From assembly GCA_002269645.1 (NCBI GenBank), contig NIVC01001620.1:195461-259460 (forward strand): a stretch of 64,000 bases of DNA. The letters run 5' to 3'. Position 1 is the first letter of the stretch. Every line of letters starts with the position of its first letter. The translations under genes and the position numbers were made by a program. The notes beneath the pieces are model-generated. The model did no database searches, was not told the DNA's origin, and saw nothing but the letters and a program-made list of their open reading frames with translations. Shown piece after piece: positions 1 through 12,811 of the stretch. The stretch is from Macrostomum lignano (lineage: Eukaryota).

Positions 1-900
1 CGCGGCAACAGCTACCTGCTGGTGATGCAGGACCAGTTCTCCAAGTTCCTGACCGCTACGCCGATGCCAGACCAGACTGCCAAGACCATCGCGGACGCTG
101 CAGTCAAGGTTTTCTCGCTGTTCGGAGTCCCATCGGTCATCCACTCGGATCAGGGCGCGAACTTCGAGAGCGAGCTGTTCCAGGAGACGCTGCGAGCGCT
201 GGGCATCAGGAAGACGCGCACATCGCCCTACCATCCGCAGGGAAACGGCCTTGTGGAGCGCGGCAACAAGTCGCTGTTGCAACTGCTGCGGCTGTTCACC
301 GAGAGTGAGTCCAGCTGGGAGGAGCAGCTGCCGCTGGTGGTCCTGTCCTACAACTCCAGGGTCCACAGCTCAACCAAGGTGACGCCGCTGACTGTGATGA
401 CCGGCCGCGACCCGCAGCTTCCACCACAGGTGCAGGCTAGCGAGCAGCAGTATGACATCGGCACCTACTCGGCGCTGCTGGAGCGTCGGTTGGCCCGCAT
501 CCGCGAGTTCGTTGAGGAAAACCTGGTGGCCGCCGGGCAGCAACAGAAGGCGGCGCACGACAAGAAGGCGTCGGACCTGCCGCAGTTTCCGCAAGGCACC
601 GAGGTGTTGCTCAGCATCGAAATGCGGCGATCGAAGCTGGCGCCGTACTGGGAGCCGGGCTGGACGGTACTCGAGCAGCGCGGCCACTCGGTGCGCATCC
701 GCCGCTCCTTCGGCATTCGGCCGGTCCGCTGGGTGCACGTGAACCGGCTGCGCAGGCGGCTCGCAGCCCAGGCCGATGCGGAGCAGCTCCGCGAGCAGCC
801 GGTGACCCACGAGGTCGCCCCGGAGTCGAGCCAGGCCGAGCGGTGGTACCCGGCCAGGGTGCGGCGTCCTCCGGACTACCTCGGTGTGAGCGCTGAGTGA
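1..900 (+). CDS. Retrotransposon Pol, integrase core and C-terminus (partial)
   Basis: Frame open upstream of the ORF-track Met (RGNSYLLVMQDQFSKF). rve motifs IHSDQGANFES and TSPYHPQGNGLVER (D..D..E catalytic triad), GPY/F-like KLAPYWEPGWTV, and C-terminal RVRRPPDYL typical of Gypsy integrases. Confidence 0.95.
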   Translation, partial: RGNSYLLVMQDQFSKFLTATPMPDQTAKTIADAAVKVFSLFGVPSVIHSDQGANFESELFQETLRALGIRKTRTSPYHPQGNGLVERGNKSLLQLLRLFTESESSWEEQLPLVVLSYNSRVHSSTKVTPLTVMTGRDPQLPPQVQASEQQYDIGTYSALLERRLARIREFVEENLVAAGQQQKAAHDKKASDLPQFPQGTEVLLSIEMRRSKLAPYWEPGWTVLEQRGHSVRIRRSFGIRPVRWVHVNRLRRRLAAQADAEQLREQPVTHEVAPESSQAERWYPARVRRPPDYLGVSAE

Positions 901-1042
901 CTGAGGCCATGGACTGTCAGAGACTGTGATTGAAATGTATTTTACTGTCTGCGTTCCTCTTTTTACTCTACATTTCGCTAGCTGCGTTTCACTCTCATTT
1001 TTTTTATTCCCTGTCGCTATGCTCCTTTTGTGGGGAGAGAAA

Positions 1043-1267
1043 TGTAATATTTTATTCCTTGCCTTAGAGGCAGTCTAAACTGTTAGCAATCGTGACAAAT
1101 AATTAGCTGAATCATCGTATTCATCGTATATCATCGTAAACCAATTGATTTAATGTACGTTCGCTCTCTATGTACATCGCAGGCTTAACTTCAACTTGCA
1201 TAAATAAAGCGATCACGGCCTCACGGGGCCTTCGTGTTTTTGGTGCTGCCAAATACCGCGTGTTACA
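1043..1267 (+). repeat. 3' LTR (225 bp)
   Basis: TGTAA...TTACA inverted termini, directly 3' of the PPT, with an internal polyA signal. Confidence 0.85.
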
Positions 1268-1289
1268 TCAGTATTAGCAGTTAGGCTGC

Positions 1290-2506
1290 ATTGTCACTGC
1301 ACCAGTAAGCTGAGCCAGTCTTGATTGTCACTGCACCAGTAAGCTGAGCCGTTCTTAATTGTCACTGTCATCAATAAGCCAGCCTTGATTGTCACCAATA
1401 AGCCAGTCTTGATTGTCACCAATAAGCCAGTCTTGATTGTCACCAATAAGCCAGTCTTGATTGTCACCAATAAGCCTGTCTTGATTGTCATTAATAAGCC
1501 TGTCTTGATTGTCACCAATAAGCTGTCTTGATTGTCACCAATAAGCCAGCCTTGATTGTCACCAATAAGCCAGCCTTGATTGTCACCAATAAGCCAGCCT
1601 TGATTGTCACCAATAAGCCAGCCTTGATTGTCACCAATAAGCTGTCTTGATTGTCACCAATAAGCCAGTCTTGATTGTCACCAATAAGCCAGCCTTGATT
1701 GTCACCAATAAGCCTGTCTTGATTGTCACCAATAAGCCTGTCTTGATTGTCACCAATAAGCTGTCTTGATTGTCACCAATAAGCCAGCCTTGATTGTCAC
1801 CAATAAGCCAGCCTTGATTGTCACCAATAAGCCTGTCTTGATTGTCACCAATAAGCCAGTCTTGATTGTCACCAATAAGCCTGTCTTGATTGTCACCAAT
1901 AAGCCAGTCTTGATTGTCACCAATAAGCCAGCCTTGATTGTCACCAATAAGCCTGCTTTGATTGCCACCAATAAGCCAGCCTTGATTGTCACCAATAAGC
2001 CAGCCTTGATTGCCACCAATAAGCCAGTCTTGATTGTCACCAATAAGCCAGCCTTGATTGTCACCAATAAGCCAGTCTTGATTGTCACCAATAAGCCAGC
2101 CTTGATTGTCACCAATAAGCCAGTCTTGATTGTCACCAATAAGCCAGTCTTGATTGTCACCAATAAGCCAGCCTTGATTGTCACCAATAAGCCAGCCTTG
2201 ATTGTCACCAATAAGCCAGCCTTGATTGTCACCAATAAGCCAGCCTTGATTGTCACCAATAAGCCAGCCTTGATTGTCACCAATAAGCCTGTCTTGATTG
2301 TCACCAATAAGCCAGCCTTGATTGTCACCAATAAGCCAGCCTTGATTGTCACCAATAAGCCTGTCTTGATTGTCACCAATAAGCCAGCCTTGATTGTCAC
2401 CAATAAGCCAGCCTTGATTGTCACCAATAAGCCAGCCTTGATTGTCACCAATAAGCCAGCCTTGATTGTCACCAATAAGCCAGTCTTGATTGTCACCAAT
2501 AAGCCG
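1290..2506. repeat. 24-bp minisatellite (CTTGATTGTCACCAATAAGCCAGC), about 50 copies
   Basis: Visible tandem periodicity; source of the LIVTNKPA and VTIKAGLL pseudo-ORFs. Confidence 0.97.
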
Positions 2507-3513
2507 TGCTTTGGCGTTGATAAAAATCTACACCGAGAGAATCATAATCTTTGCAAAGCATGCCCGTACAAGTCACGGGTTATTCGTACAGGGGTGTGTT
2601 AAAGTGCTGGTAAAACTTCATTTGGGGTGCGGCTTTAGTACGTCGCTCGTATGCACGCAAAGCATACTCTAGCAACGTCTTAACTACATGTGGATTTCTA
2701 CCTGAGGCACTGTGCAATCAGCCTGTTTTAGTGTATTGAGATTCCGATCTAAGCACTCTGCGTTACAGAATGTTGCCAATTTCTTATTAAATTGCTCGTA
2801 TACAAGTACGAGTACTGTGCATTAACCGGGACTTGTACATTTTATGTTGACTGCATGTGTAGCGCGTTTGCGCTGACTTTTTGGCTGTCCGGGCCGCAGT
2901 TCGCCGCCACTATACAATCGGAAATGGGCTGGATTTCTCTCTCTCTCTCTGTTTTTCAAGCTTTTAACGCCTGCCTACTGACTTGTTATAGATATTCTCC
3001 TCTCTCTCTCTCTCTCTTATCTTTTCTCTCCGCACCCCTCTGCTGAGTGAAGCAGTTCGCACGCAGCCGTCACCGCGCCTGTCTTCAGGCTGCACAGCAA
3101 TAGACCAGTTATTATATAGTTGCTAAACAGATTGGAATTGATTGCAGGACCGCACCAAGCAGAGGCGTGCGCGCGCGCCCCGCCCCACACATTTTCTCTC
3201 TGTGTCCCCCACCTCCCCGTCCCATGCAATTTTGTTTTGTTATCTAACAAACGGTTTTAACTGCTAAAAGACGCGGCGTTTATTTCAGATTAAAAACTCT
3301 GCCGCCTACAGCCAGCGTGGTTGCTTGCGTCTCGCGGAGTTCTTATAGCTTAGCTTTTTAACTTTACTAAGCCCGCAACAGTTGGACTTGGTACTCTCCT
3401 CTCCTCTCTGTTTAGCAGCAGTCCTGCCAGCGCGAGCCGAGCCCCTGCACCACGCTTTAATAATAACGATTCCGCATTTTGACCGTTGGAGTTTGATCCA
3501 CAAGCAGACCCTG

Positions 3514-6500
3514 ATGGACACGTTTCAGTATGATACGGTCCACAGGCCGCCAGCAGGTAAGCGCGCATTTCTCTCCTCCTCCTCCGCCTCCTCCCCTTTT
3601 TATTGCGAAGCATAAATATCGGTCTTGAAGCCTTGAAAGAAATGCTGTCTTAGGCTAGCTATGGACGGAGACAATAAACTCTTTGTTGGCTTACCACTGA
3701 TTCAATTGCAGTGTCATTCGCTGCTTCTGGCATCGGGGTGCAGCAGCAGCAGCAGCAGCAGCTTCATGCTAACAGCTACACAACAATCGGAATGCCGCCA
3801 GTTCCCATGGATCAACAGCAGCAGCAGCAGCAGCAGCAGATGGACACCCAGATGTCGGACAGTCAGCAGCAGCTCTGCGGCATCTGCAGCGACCGCGCCA
3901 CCGGCAAGCATTACGGCGCCTACTCTTGCGACGGCTGCAAGGGCTTCTTCCGCCGGTCGGTTAGGAAAAGCCATCAGTACATCTGCCGGTTCAATAGGAA
4001 CTGCACGGTTGATAGGGACAAGCGGAACCAGTGCCGCTACTGCAGGCTGGACAAGTGCTTCAGGGCCGGCATGAGAAAGGAGGGTAAGCGCAGTAGTTCG
4101 TGTACTTGTAAAATGCCTTTCTACTGTATTGGTCTCTACAATATTTGCTACATTGTCTGGTACAGGAGGCGTACGGCAGTGCATTTTGTATTGTGGCCTG
4201 ACTTCGTGCGAATAGGAGACCCCTATAGCCAAGTGCTTAATCAGTGCTATGATACTGGAAGAGCTTACTGAAGACAAGTGCTTAATCAGTGCTATGATAC
4301 TGGAAGAGCTTACTGAAGACAAGTGCTTAATCAGTGCTATGATACTGGAAGAGCTTACTGAAGACAAGTGCTTAATCAGTGCTATGATACTGGAAGAGCT
4401 TACTGAAGACAATTGAGGCTTTGTGAAATGAAGACTGACAAATCATTAGAAACTCCGTTTCAATACAAAGTTTCTGAGTAAGGGTTGTTTAACTCGCTAT
4501 TCGTTTGATCTTACTCGCTTGTGCTTTTTATCTAATGCACTATCGGATTCAAAAAGATAAAAAGAGTAACTTCTGCTTCTTAGATTGCTGCCTATCATTG
4601 CTTGCAATCTAAGTTTTGAGGACTCTTTTAGTTTACTGAATTGTTTTGTTAAGTGGCAAGAAATCGGGCTGTTCAGAAGCAACCAAGGGGACTTGGAGTT
4701 CTAAAGGGATCTGGACGGGAAATAGAAGGGGTTCTAGAATAGGGGAACTGGGGTTCAATCCAATCGGATTTGAAATCTAGTCTAGTCTGCCGTAGTTCTA
4801 ATATAGTCTTAGTCTAGTTCTAATCTAGTCTAGTTTTTAATCTAGTCTAGTCTAGTCTAGTCTAGGCTAGTTCTAATCTAGTCCAGCATTGTCTACAGAC
4901 TGGATTTGACTGGAAATTCCGACTGCAAAGAGCCTGCAGGAAAACTTCCTACGGGAAATTCTCGTGCTCCCGCTTGGGAGGTCGGAAAGGTCGATGAACT
5001 TTAAAAGATTACTATTTTTCTATTACTATTACATTAAAGGAGTCCATAACTTTCACTATCGCTAAACACTACCTTAGCCGTTCAAAACGAACGCGACAAG
5101 ATCAGCTTCCGTAAGACGTCCTCCTACGATGACGGAGTTGCCGGAGGCGGCGGCGGCGGCGCCGCAGCTTCCGCCAACGCGGTTCCCTCCTCGGGAGGAG
5201 CGCTGAAAGCCGAGGTCCAGGAGTCGGTCGCCGCCGCCCCAGCCGCCTCGGCGCCGCTGCAGACAGCTTCCCAGCAGCAGCCGGACTTCAGCCTGAGCCG
5301 CATCGTGTCCGCCGAGGACCGGCACCAGCAGCGGCAGCTGCAGACCCAGCAGTCGGCCGCGGCAGTTCAAGTCGGTCGCCAGCAGGTCAGGAGCGAAGCC
5401 TCGGTCGCAACCATCTGCGACTCGATGCAGCACCAGCTGCTGCTGCTGGTGGAGTGGGCCAAATCGTTTCCCGCCTTTATCGAGCTCAACGTTGAGGAGC
5501 AGGTCGCCCTGCTGAGGGCGCACGCTGGCGAACTGCTCATCCTGGGTGTCACCTACAGATCCCGAGCTGAGACCGCTATGCTCATCCTTGGCAACTCGTT
5601 CCGCGTCAGTAGCAACAACCCGGACCTATCCATGGCCCAGGTTGCCGGCCGGGTTATCAACGAACTGGTGTCCCAATTCCGCGAGCTGGGGATCGACTTC
5701 ACCGAGTACGCCTGCCTCAAGGCTGTGGTCTTCTTTGACCCCGGTGAGCAGAGTAGATCCCGCCTCTATCCTAATCCCGCTTCCCGCCTCTATCCTAATC
5801 CCGCTTCCCGCCTCTATCCTAATCCCGCTTCCCGCCTCTATCCTAATCCCGCTTCCCGCCTCTATCCTAATCCCGCTTCCCTCCTCTATCCTAATCCCGC
5901 TTCCCGCCTCTATCCTAATCCCGCTTCCCTCCTCTATCCTAATCCCGCTTCCCGCCTCTATCCTAATCCCGCTTCCCGCCTCTATCAAAATCCCGCTTCC
6001 CTCCTCTATCCTAATCCCGCTTTCCACCCTTCCTGTCCCGCAGACGCGGTGCACCTGCCGCCCAGCGTGTCAACCCGAGTCCGTCGATGGCGACACTCGG
6101 TGCTGCAGCGAATGCAGGACTATATGAGCACCCAGCAGTACCGAAGCCGCAGCCGTTTCGGCGAACTGCTGCTGCTGCTGCCCAAGCTGCAGTCAATCAA
6201 TCATGAAATGATCCGCAAGGTCTACCGGACCAAGGTGGAGGGTCTCGCCCAGATCGACACCCTGCTGCAGGAGCTGCTTCTAGGAGGTGAGGCTGGATGC
6301 GGAGTCTGACTGTCTTGTGAGACATCAGCTTTGAAGTCTTATGCTTGATAGTTGATGGTGTGAATGAATTGGTAACTGTCTGTGTGAATGAATTGGTAAC
6401 TGTCTGTGTGAATTAATTGGTGACTATCTGTGTGAATGCATTAGTGAATGTCTGTGTGAATGCATTTGTGAATGTCTGTGTGAATGCATTTGTGAATGTC

Positions 6501-8340
6501 TGTGTGAATGCATTTGTGAATATCTGTGTAAATGAATTTGTGAATGTCTGTGTGAATGCATTTGTGAATGTCTGTGTGAATGCATTTGTGAATGTCTGTG
6601 TGAATGCATTTGTGAATGTCTGTGTGAATGCATTGGTGACTATCTGTGTGAATGCATTTGTGAATATCTGTGTAAATGAATTTGTGAATGTCTGTGTGAA
6701 TGCATTGGTGACTATCTGTGTGAATGCATTTGTGAATATCTGTGTAAATGAATTTGTGAATGTCTGTGTGAATGCATTTGTGAATGTCTGTGTGAATGCA
6801 TTTGTGAATGTCTGTGTAAATGCATTTTTGAATGTCTGTGTGAATGCATTTGTGAATGTCTGCATAAAGTCTCGTGCCTTAAAATTTTATAAACGAGTTA
6901 TTTAAAGATTCCGCACTCATACTTTAACACAGTTATTTAGTACAACACAAATTGTAATGGTTGCAATCAGACTTACTTTGCTTTAGCAAAACTTTGTTCG
7001 CGTGGCTGCGAGTGCGCCAGTACCCGGCGCTCCATCAAAGTGGCTTCTCCAGAGTCTGGGAAAGTCTGCTTGGGCCTTGATTATTATTCAGTCACTTCTC
7101 TTGACTTAGCGCAGCAACCGCTCGCGTTCACTTGGCTTCTGTGCGCGAGTACTTTGCTGTGTCTATTAGCTACTGACTTTACTACTGCTAGTAGGGAGCG
7201 CTACGGCTGTGTCTATTAGCTACTGACTTTACTACTGCTAGTAGGGAGCGCTACGGCTGTGTCTATTAGCTACTGACTTTACTACTGCTAGTAGGGAGCG
7301 CTACGGCTGTGTCTATTAGCGACTGACTTTACTACTGCTAGTAGGGAGCGCTACGGCTGTGTCTATTAGCTACTGACTTTACTACTGCTAGTAGGGAGCG
7401 CTACGGCTGTGTCTATTAGCGACTGACTTTACTACTGCTAGTAGGGAGCGCTACGGCTGTGTCTATTAGCTACTGACTTTACTACTGCTAGTAGGGAGCG
7501 CTACGGCTGTGTCTATTAGCGACTGACTTTACTACTGCTAGTAGGGAGCGCTACAGCTGTGTCTATTAGCGACTGACTTTACTACTGCTAGTAGGGAGCG
7601 CTACGGCTGTGTCTATTAGCGACTGACTTTACTACTGCTAGTAGGGAGCGCTACGGCTGTCTATTAGCGACTGACTTTACTACTGCTAGTAGGGAGTGCT
7701 ACGGCTGTGTCTATTAGCGACTGACTTTACTACTGCTAGTAGGGAGCGCTACAGCTGTGTCTATTAGCTACTGACTTTACTACTGCTAGTAGGGAGGAAA
7801 GGTTTGACTGCCATCTTTACATCTGTTGATGAACTCTTTGGCCCCACGGACCCCTGGTTCGATTCTGTGCGCGGTCGCAGCCATGATAGCCGACCCCCAG
7901 GGCACAGAGTGTACGACATGCCTGACGATTAGAAAGTCAGGGCCGCTGCACTCCCTGTGTGAGCGTGTGCATGAGTGCGTGAGTACGTGCTCAGGAGTCT
8001 GTGGAATGGGCAGAGTTGCCTTTACGGTGGTTGTTGTTGTAGTTTACGAGCTACTAAAGTTTTCCAGTGGGTTGCCATCCCCCCTCGCACCCCGCAGACA
8101 ACGCAGCGACCTCAGAAGCGGCCCAGCAGCCCATGGCTTCCTCCGGCGGCCAAATCAATGCTTCTAACACTGCTGATGACGGCTTCGATGACTCTGACAT
8201 CATGGCCCAGATGGAAGCGCAGGGGGTAATTCCCCAGCACTACCAGAACGGGACTGTTCAGGACACCTACGGAGGTCATTACGGTGTGTCAGTCATTACC
8301 GGATGTGCTAGCTAACTAACTGACTAACTAAGTAACTAAG

Positions 8341-8392
<52 letters not shown>

Positions 8393-8393
8393 G

Positions 8394-8429
<36 letters not shown>

Positions 8430-8480
8430 GACTAACTAACTAACTAACCTAAACTAACTGACTATCTAACTAACTAACTG

Positions 8481-8538
<58 letters not shown>

Positions 8539-8539
8539 G

Positions 8540-8574
<35 letters not shown>

Positions 8575-8575
8575 G

Positions 8576-8615
<40 letters not shown>

Positions 8616-8666
8616 GACTAACTAACTAACTAACCTAAACTAACTGACTATCTAACTAACTAACTG

Positions 8667-8716
<50 letters not shown>

Positions 8717-8717
8717 G

Positions 8718-8765
<48 letters not shown>

Positions 8766-8810
8766 GACTAACTAACTGACTAACTAACTGATTAACTAAC
8801 TAACTAACTG

Positions 8811-8857
<47 letters not shown>

Positions 8858-9294
8858 GACTGACTAACTATCTAAAAACAGACATAAAATAAACAAATAA
8901 ATAACTCCCCCGCATCTAACAGCAGCAGCCCAGCACGAGTTCTACCTGAACTATGGCGACAATGGCGGGCGTGCTAGCGTGAGCCAGGCCGCAACCAGCT
9001 CACATCAGTACGGCGGCGCGGACTCAATCGGTGAGACTTATTCAATTTCGAGTAGATATCGAGTCAAGTTCGATCAGCAAACCCTGATTTGGCTTCAAAT
9101 ATTTTCCTTCATCTTTCCTCCGCCTCTTTGCAGCCATGCCAGTTCCGGCATCAGCGGCGGCCGCTGCAGCTGCGGCGGCGGCGGCGGCGGCAGCGGTGGC
9201 GGCGGCAGCGTCCGGGGCCTCATCAACGGCGGCGGCATTCGACAGCGGCGGTGGATTTCGCGGCGGCTACTCAGTGTACAAGCAGGAGCCCTGA
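3514..9294 (+). CDS. HNF4: Hepatocyte nuclear factor 4 (NR2A) nuclear receptor, about 592 aa, 7 coding exons
   Basis: Hand-spliced exons 3514-3556, 3712-4083, 5078-5743, 6044-6286, 8098-8283, 8923-9030, 9134-9294; all GT-AG with consistent phase, 1779 nt. [31 protein letters not shown] (DGCKG P-box) and junction [21 protein letters not shown]...[15 protein letters not shown]|[17 protein letters not shown] and AF-2 LLQELLL. Exons 1 and 5-7 rest on splice signals and phase only. Confidence 0.95.
4230..4412. repeat. 45-bp tandem repeat x4 in HNF4 intron 2
   Basis: CAAGTGCTTAATCAGTGCTATGATACTGGAAGAGCTTACTGAAGA in four identical copies. Confidence 0.95.
4777..4885. repeat. (TCTAG)n degenerate microsatellite
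   Basis: Runs of TCTAGTCTAG in HNF4 intron 2. Confidence 0.85.
5758..6021. repeat. 24-bp minisatellite x11 filling HNF4 intron 3
   Basis: TCCCGCCTCTATCCTAATCCCGCT units lying between donor 5744 and acceptor 6043. Confidence 0.97.
6358..6863. repeat. 24-bp minisatellite (GTGAATGCATTTGTGAATGTCTGT) in HNF4 intron 4
   Basis: Tandem periodicity; source of the FTQTFTNA pseudo-ORFs. Confidence 0.95.
7157..7795. repeat. 50-bp minisatellite, about 13 copies, in HNF4 intron 4
   Basis: Units of CTGTGTCTATTAGCTACTGACTTTACTACTGCTAGTAGGGAGCGCTACGG. Confidence 0.96.
8311..8873. repeat. (CTAA)n microsatellite filling HNF4 intron 5
   Basis: CTAA tetramers with CTGA/CGAA variants and the interruption CCTAAACTAACTGACTATCT. 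Confidence 0.97.
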
Positions 9295-9454
9295 CTAGCG
9301 AGAGGGCGGGGAATTCCTGCTGTCACAGGTGTGCAGGACTCTGCTGGTAGCTGCTTGCGTACTTTGTAGACTTTAGCTCTTAGATTGCAGTCTTTGTTAT
9401 TTTATCGCTGCTGAAATTTCCATGCTTGCATGTGCTCTTCTTGTAATGCTCGAT

Positions 9455-9995
9455 TCCATGAATTTTCCGAATTTCCTGAATTTCCTGAATGTGTCCGAAT
9501 TTCCAGAATTTCTCGAATGTACTGAATTTCCTTAATTTTTTAAATTTCCTTTCCAATTTCATGGATTTCCTGAATGTTCCGAATTTCCTGAATTTCCCGA
9601 TTTCTTGAATTTCCTGGGTTTCCTGAATTTTCAGAAATTTCCGGCTCTTCTTCCCAATTTTCTGACCTGAATTTCCCAATTTTCTGAAATTTCCCGAATT
9701 TCCTGAATTTCCAATTTATTTTCAATTTCCTGAATTTCCCGATTTGCTGAATTTGCTGAATTTTCTGAGTTTACTTCCCAATTTTCTGAATTTCGTGAAA
9801 TTCGTGAATTTTCAAATTTTCTGAATTTTCTAAATCTCCCAATTTCCTGAATTTCCCAATTTTCTGAAATTTCTCTTGCATTTCCCAAATTTCCCGATTT
9901 CCGAATTCCCCAAATTCAGTCTGTCTTCATTTTCCTGATAATCTGAACTTCCTGAATTACCAAATTTACATAACATCCTGATTTTTCTGAATTTT
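9455..9995. repeat. Degenerate 9-10 bp repeat (GAATTTCCT-like)
   Basis: Repeated GAATTTCC/AATTTTCT motifs 3' of the HNF4 stop. Confidence 0.85.
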
Positions 9996-10340
9996 CCAAT
10001 AGAAAATTTTCTAAAGTCTCTTTTAGATTTCTTTATTTCTTAAAACAAAGGACAGTTCACTCATTTCTTCAACTATAACTGCCTGCATTAAAACTGCGGA
10101 CTAACCCGAGTTGCAGAATCGTCTCGAAAATGAACTTACGAAGCAAGGGGTTTGCCAGATCTTAGCGGCCTGTTCTGGTCCAGACTGCCTGATTTGAGTG
10201 ACTCTGGAGTACCAATTTGTTTCTGATTTTTATTTTTAACATTTGTAATTAAACTTGCAATATCTCTATGAAAGTCCGCTTGGCTTGAACGAATTACCAT
10301 TGAACTGCTTGCCGTTATCTCTGTACCTGCATGTATGTAT

Positions 10341-10745
10341 CTCTGCCACCCTCTGCCACCCTCTCTGCCACCCTCTACCACCCTCTCTGCCACCCTCTAC
10401 CACCCTCTCTGCCACCCTCTGCCACCCTCTGCCACCCTCTGCCACCCTCTGCCTCCCTCTGCCACCCTCTGCCACCCTCTGCCTCCCTCTGCCACCCTCT
10501 TCCACCCTCTGCCACCCTCTGCCTCCCTCTGCCACCCTCTGCCACCCTCTGCCTCCCTCTGCCTCCCTCTGCCACCCTCTGCCTCCCTCTGCCACCCTCT
10601 GCCTCCCTCTGCCACCCTCTGCCTCCCTCTGCCACCCTCTGCCTCCCTCTGCCACCCTCTGCCTCCCTCTGCCACCCTCTGCCTCCCTCTGCCACCCTCT
10701 GCCTCCCTCTGGCACCCTTTGCCACCCTCTGCCACCCTCTCTGCC
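10341..10745. repeat. 10-bp minisatellite (CTCTGCCACC / CTCTGCCTCC)
   Basis: Tandem periodicity. Confidence 0.96.
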
Positions 10746-11310
10746 TTCATAGTTTCCAATATCCCACATGCGTGCCATTTCCTACGAGTACATTACGCTT
10801 GCACGAGTACTATTAGTAGTAAAAACCAATATAACTCTGCCAAATTTTAAAGCCAATAAAGGCTGGCCGTTGCATCAACATTTTGCCAAAAATCTTTAAA
10901 TCACTGATAACAATTTCGAATTCTGTTGTTGTTGATTTTAGTTTTTTTCCTACAGGAAAAATGCTTATTCCCTGCATAAGTATCCCGTGAAATATGATAT
11001 TGAAACTCTGGTAATTTGATCATCTCAACTATCACTCAACGATTGCCTTCTTGGACTTCCGTTGGGTCATCGATTCACAGACTTGATTTAAGTGCGTCCG
11101 AGATACAGAAATCAGTAATTTAATTAGTGCTATTACATAATCGTATATGCCTTTGCGCTGCGATAGAGGCACAATCAATCTCAAGAGTTTGAAATCATAA
11201 AAAAACTTTAGTATGCATGCACTCGTCCTGCACTGGTGAACGGCAAAATGGAAAAATCGGCCTCCAAAAATATTTCCACTAATCACGAGTTTAGCGTCCT
11301 TATATACTTC

Positions 11311-12811
11311 CAGTGGTCCTTGGCTTACGTTCTGATTGCTACTAGTGGTCCTTGGCTCACGTCTTGATATACTGCTAGTGGTCCTTGGCTCACGTCTTGA
11401 TATACTGCTAGTGGTCCTTGGCTCAAGTGCTGATATATACTGCTAGTGGTCCTTGGCTCAAGTGCTGATATATACTGCTAGTGGTCCTTGGCTCAAGTGC
11501 TGATATATACTGCTAGTGGTCCTTGGCTCAAGTGCTGATATATACTGCTAGTGGTCCTTGGCTCACGTCTTGATATACTGCTAGTGGTCCTTGGCTCACG
11601 TCTTGATATACTGCTAGTGGTCCTTGGCTCAAGTGCTGATATATACTGCTAGTGGTCCTTGGCTCAAGTGCTGATATATACTGCTAGTGGTCCTTGGCTC
11701 AAGTGCTGATATATACTGCTAGTGGTCCTTGGCTCAAGTGCTGATATATACTGCTAGTGGTCCTTGGCTCAAGTGCTGATATATACTGCTAGTGGTCCTT
11801 GGCTCAAGTGCTGATATATACTGCTAGTGGTCCTTGGCTCAAGTGCTGATATATACTGCTAGTGGTCCTTGGCTCAAGTGCTGATATATACTACTAGTGG
11901 TCCTTGGCTCAAGTGCTGATATATACTGCTAGTGGTCCTTGGCTCAAGTGCTGATATATACTGCTAGTGGTCCTTGGCTCAAGTGCTGATATATACTGCT
12001 AGTGGTCCTTGGCTCAAGTGCTGATATATACTGCTAGTGGTCCTTGGCTCAAGTGCTGATATATACTGCTAGTGGTCCTTGGCTCAAGTGCTGATATATA
12101 CTGCTAGTGGTCCTTGGCTCAAGTGCTGATATATACTGCTAGTGGTCCTTGGCTCAAGTGCTGATATATACTGCTAGTGGTCCTTGGCTCAAGTGCTGAT
12201 ATATACTGCTAGTGGTCCTTGGCTCAAGTGCTGATATATACTGCTAGTGGTCCTTGGCTCAAGTGCTGATATATACTACTAGTGGTCCTTGGCTCAAGTG
12301 CTGATATATACTGCTAGTGGTCCTTGGCTCAAGTGCTGATATATACTGCTAGTGGTCCTTGGCTCAAGTGCTGATATATACTGCTAGTGGTCCTTGGCTC
12401 AAGTGCTGATATATACTGCTAGTGGTCCTTGGCTCAAGTGCTGATATATACTGCTAGTGGTCCTTGGCTCAAGTGCTGATATATACTGCTAGTGGTCCTT
12501 GGCTCAAGTGCTGATATATACTGCTAGTGGTCCTTGGCTCAAGTGCTGATATATACTGCTAGTGGTCCTTGGCTCAAGTGCTGATATATACTACTAGTGG
12601 TCCTTGGCTCAAGTGCTGATATATACTGCTAGTGGTCCTTGGCTCAAGTGCTGATATATACTGCTAGTGGTCCTTGGCCCAAGTCTCGATATACTGCTAG
12701 TGGTCCTTGGCTCAAGTCTCCATATACTGCTAGTGGTCCTTGGCTCAAGTCTCCATATACTGCTAGTGGTCCTTGGCTCAAGTCTCCATATACTGCTAGT
12801 GGTCCTTGGCT
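11311..12811. repeat. 35-bp minisatellite (33-bp variants at the ends), about 43 copies
   Basis: Units of CTGCTAGTGGTCCTTGGCTCAAGTGCTGATATATA. Confidence 0.97.

Larger units (their letters stand above)
1..1267 (+). mobile_element. Ty3/Gypsy LTR retrotransposon, 3' part (integrase end, PPT, 3' LTR), truncated by the window start
   Basis: Integrase ORF open from base 1 to the stop at 900. Polypurine tract GGGGAGAGAAA at 1032-1042 is immediately followed by an LTR starting TGTAA (1043) and ending TTACA (1267), with AATAAA at 1203-1208. Confidence 0.93.

Noticed and set aside
370-910. Overlapping ORFs in other frames of the integrase
   Set aside because: Shadows caused by GC-rich codon usage; no recognisable motifs.
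4230-4412. 45-bp repeat as a C/D snoRNA array (TGAT...CTGA)
   Set aside because: No RTGATGA C box, units too short, and copies are identical tandem repeats.
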